From Amoebidium appalachense (lineage: Eukaryota; Protista; Ichthyosporea), in NCBI GenBank assembly GCA_963693365.1, contig CAVNZM010000008.1, forward strand, positions 4,178,310-4,242,309: DNA of 64,000 nucleotides, read 5' to 3'. Below, piece by piece: positions 61,192-64,000 of this stretch. A program made the translations under genes and the position numbers. Under the pieces are notes generated by a model, which worked only from the letters and a program-made list of their open reading frames with translations, ran no database searches and was not told where the DNA came from. Position 1 is the first letter of the stretch; each line of letters starts with the position of its first letter.

Positions 61192-62640
61192 TCATTGAAT
61201 CTCAGGTAGTGGCCAGAGAGTACTAGAAAAAAAACTTTGAAGACCGTTGAAAGCTGTGCTTACGGGTCCCCTGGGGGGCCTCCACACCTTGACCGTCCCA
61301 TCTGTCCCCTGTCCTACCAATACATCCCCTACACATGCCGGCGCCCAATCCACAATGCTCTCCCACCAATCGTAATCCTCCAAAGTTATCGCCACCTGTT
61401 TCGATATGACTACAGATGTTGCGTCTGGAAACGAGAGTTGAAACAGAAAGAGTTGATCGCCACTACCAGAGAATGTGTACAAAGTGTCCCGGTCGCTAAA
61501 GATCGGTCTATACACCAGCATGGGGGGTGGAATCGAAAGCCTGTTGCTATCGATCAAAGGCCTACCTACTTCATTCCACATGCTGAAATCCGCGAAAACC
61601 CCCTCAAAATCATACAGCATTTGCACCATACGAAGCGACCCGTCAACCAAAGCCCACTCGCACTGAGCCGCACGCTCGCCATCATACAACACCTCTTGCC
61701 CATATGCGCGATAAAGCTCTCTACCCGTCGTGTTAAACACACGTGCCTTATGCTCCCCACATCCTAGGGCGAAAACATCAGGCCTGATAGAATCCGGAAA
61801 AAGCCACCCCTCGGTGAAACCGTTCTGTAACCATTGCCGCTGCCCAGACGCAACATTCCACCCAGAGAGCCCCCGGGAACCCAACACCAACAACATTTCT
61901 CCCTTCGCAACAACGAGCGTTGGGCCAACGATGTAATAAGGACCAAGGTTCGCCGTCATAACCTGCGAGCCGTCCTTGGTGCTAAAAACACGCACAGTAT
62001 ACCTAAAATCATCTTCACCACCGTCTCCCTCCACGCGGTACGCCGCCGAAACATATTGCCCATCGGATGAAAGCCCGATGCTGCTACTCACACACACCCC
62101 CAGATAAACATTGTTGAGAAACGAGCCGCCAATCCTCTGACCCGTTGAAAGGTCCCACAAAAACGACGGCCTGCCTTCATTGTGTGCTGTAGTGACCATA
62201 AACTCCCCTGACGGAACGATGAAAAAGGTTCCCGGTGGGGCTCCTTGAAGCTCCACACATTCCAACTCCCTCTGTAGGCTCACAAACGGCGGCACGCGTG
62301 ATTCTGACGGCCACGGAAGGCAAAAGTATTCAAACTCTGCTTGGAGTCTTTTTTGCGTGGTGTCATCTTGCGGAAAAACGTACTGCTCGCCCTTTGACCG
62401 AAGAAAATCAAGGACGTACTCGAAAAGAACGGGTGAACGGTCAATAAACACGGTTCCGCCTTTGTTGGTTTGTATGGCGTGGCGGCCGCTGAACCAGGCC
62501 GCTAGCATCGACTCGGGGAATGCGCACAGTGTTTGGCGGGTGGTGGCGTACACTTTGCCACCCACCTCCAATGATATCCGGTTATTTGCTTGCGCATTTA
62601 GTTGCCGCGGAGATTCACGCTCCAGAACAAATTTCTGCCT
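61192..62640 (-). CDS. KCTD-type BTB/POZ protein with beta-rich (propeller-like) C-terminus, last exon
   Basis: ISLEVGGKVYATTRQTL..PESMLAAWFSG..FIDRSPVLFEYVLDFLR; upstream exons not resolved. Confidence 0.85.
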   Translation of the reverse strand, partial: RQKFVLERESPRQLNAQANNRISLEVGGKVYATTRQTLCAFPESMLAAWFSGRHAIQTNKGGTVFIDRSPVLFEYVLDFLRSKGEQYVFPQDDTTQKRLQAEFEYFCLPWPSESRVPPFVSLQRELECVELQGAPPGTFFIVPSGEFMVTTAHNEGRPSFLWDLSTGQRIGGSFLNNVYLGVCVSSSIGLSSDGQYVSAAYRVEGDGGEDDFRYTVRVFSTKDGSQVMTANLGPYYIVGPTLVVAKGEMLLVLGSRGLSGWNVASGQRQWLQNGFTEGWLFPDSIRPDVFALGCGEHKARVFNTTGRELYRAYGQEVLYDGERAAQCEWALVDGSLRMVQMLYDFEGVFADFSMWNEVGRPLIDSNRLSIPPPMLVYRPIFSDRDTLYTFSGSGDQLFLFQLSFPDATSVVISKQVAITLEDYDWWESIVDWAPACVGDVLVGQGTDGTVKVWRPPRGPVSTAFNGLQSFFSSTLWPLPEIQ

Positions 62641-62877
62641 GCCACACACACAAAAAAAAAATATGTTAACTACACACCAAGCTAAACAAGGGGCGCACCA
62701 TAAAAACCGTGCATACCGATTCCAAGTTTAATGACTACTCCGTGTGAACTCAGAGTAATGCAGGGACAAACTTGAATGCTCGTTCCACCGTCAAGCATAA
62801 TACAGATTGAATTTCAGCTCCAGTGTTTCCGAGAATGGGGAGAACCCCCCCCCCCCCCCCAAAAAAAAGGGGGGAAA

Positions 62878-62913
<36 letters not shown>

Positions 62914-63596
62914 TAAAAGTGAGAGGTTGTATGTGTATGAGCATGTATGTCTGTGGGATGGGTATCGTTGCGACAAGGGGTGAAGGGGTACTGTTGGTGG
63001 AGAAGAGAGAAAAGGTGTTTAGAGAACTACAAGCAAGAAAATAGATTTGAGGGCAAAAAAACGTTCATGTGGTTATAACGTACGTGAGTATGTAAGCGGT
63101 AGTTTGTGTACATACGCGCACATAATTGTGTCCGCACATGTGTGTTTGTGGGGAGTGTTTGCATGTATTTGCACGTATGAAGTAAATCATGATGCGTGGA
63201 AGTGTTCAAGTGTGCCTGTGCCCTTCAAGTATGCACGATTCTGTGTGCACCCAGTTTGTGCGTACCCCCCATGTCTGTGTGGTTGGAAGGGCGGTAGGGG
63301 TGCCTGGGGGGGGGGAGGGGGGGGGGAGGGGGGGAGAGGCCCAAGGTAGTGGGGGGGGGGGGGGGGGGGGAGGGGAGGAGGGGGGCTGAAGAACGAGAGG
63401 GGTGGAGGGGCTAGGGGGGGGGGGGGGGGGGGGGAGGGAGAGAGAGAGGGAGGAGCAGGAGGTAACGGTATGGATTGCAGACACCAACGAAGAAATCGTG
63501 CTGTACCATAGAATTATAGCAGGCAAACACAAACACAACTTCACACCTGAAGGATTAATTCGTAGCAGAGGGTTGGATAAAGGGCGGGGGGGGCGG

Positions 63597-63647
<51 letters not shown>

Positions 63648-64000
63648 CCTTTGTGATGAGCATAGTCTGGCTCGAGTGGTTTGTGTTTTACTGTGCCAGA
63701 GTATGTACGAGTGCATGCAACAGCGTCTTGGTTTTAGAGCCTGCGTGCACGTGTGCACACTGTATGCACTCATTTTGCGTTGACACGCACGGGGATGTGT
63801 TTAAGTGCATTCGCTATATCGTCAAACACATGCACACAAGTTCTAGGCATACTCTGAGTACGTGTGCAGAAAGTCACACACTGCCTGCTTGGTGCAAGTG
63901 CATGGGAGTAAGATTGCATTAATCTGGTGAAATTCGAAAGTTGAAAACATAGTGTTGGGTAGAGACGGGAAGGCCTAGTGGGGCAGATGCGGTGAAAACC

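Noticed and set aside
24600-64000. Many poly-Pro/Gly and HT/CV-repeat ORFs
   Set aside because: Translations of intronic homopolymers and microsatellites

Overview
Eukaryotic genomic DNA with two sharply different halves. (1) About 1-23.25 kb is a gene-dense, intronless, microsatellite-poor virus-like or plasmid-like island. It encodes two primase-less D5/SF3-type helicases, each followed directly by its own cluster of short iteron-like repeats, and two PD-(D/E)xK nucleases whose C-terminal domains match, pairwise, the C-terminal domains of the two helicases. It also carries three C2H2 zinc-finger genes, a Fic gene overlapping a frameshifted patatin gene, a double-MYND protein, and an apparently intact IS607 element (serine recombinase TnpA overlapped by a Fanzor2/TnpB nuclease, with a candidate omegaRNA). 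Its right side holds a TTAGGG-containing minisatellite, a 92-bp tandem array and a near-perfect 387-bp GC-rich palindrome that abuts a decayed LINE RT fragment. No capsid, packaging ATPase, DNA polymerase or integrase is visible here, and the island may continue left of base 1. (2) From about 24.5 kb on is host chromosome with GT-AG introns full of poly-G/C and (CA)n tracts. It contains a FUBP/KHSRP-like KH gene, an intronless kinase, Elongin B, RPSA, a BTB gene, and an RT-deleted Ngaro/PAT-type tyrosine-recombinase retroelement nested inside a MITE. All calls come from motif reading by eye; no searches were run.
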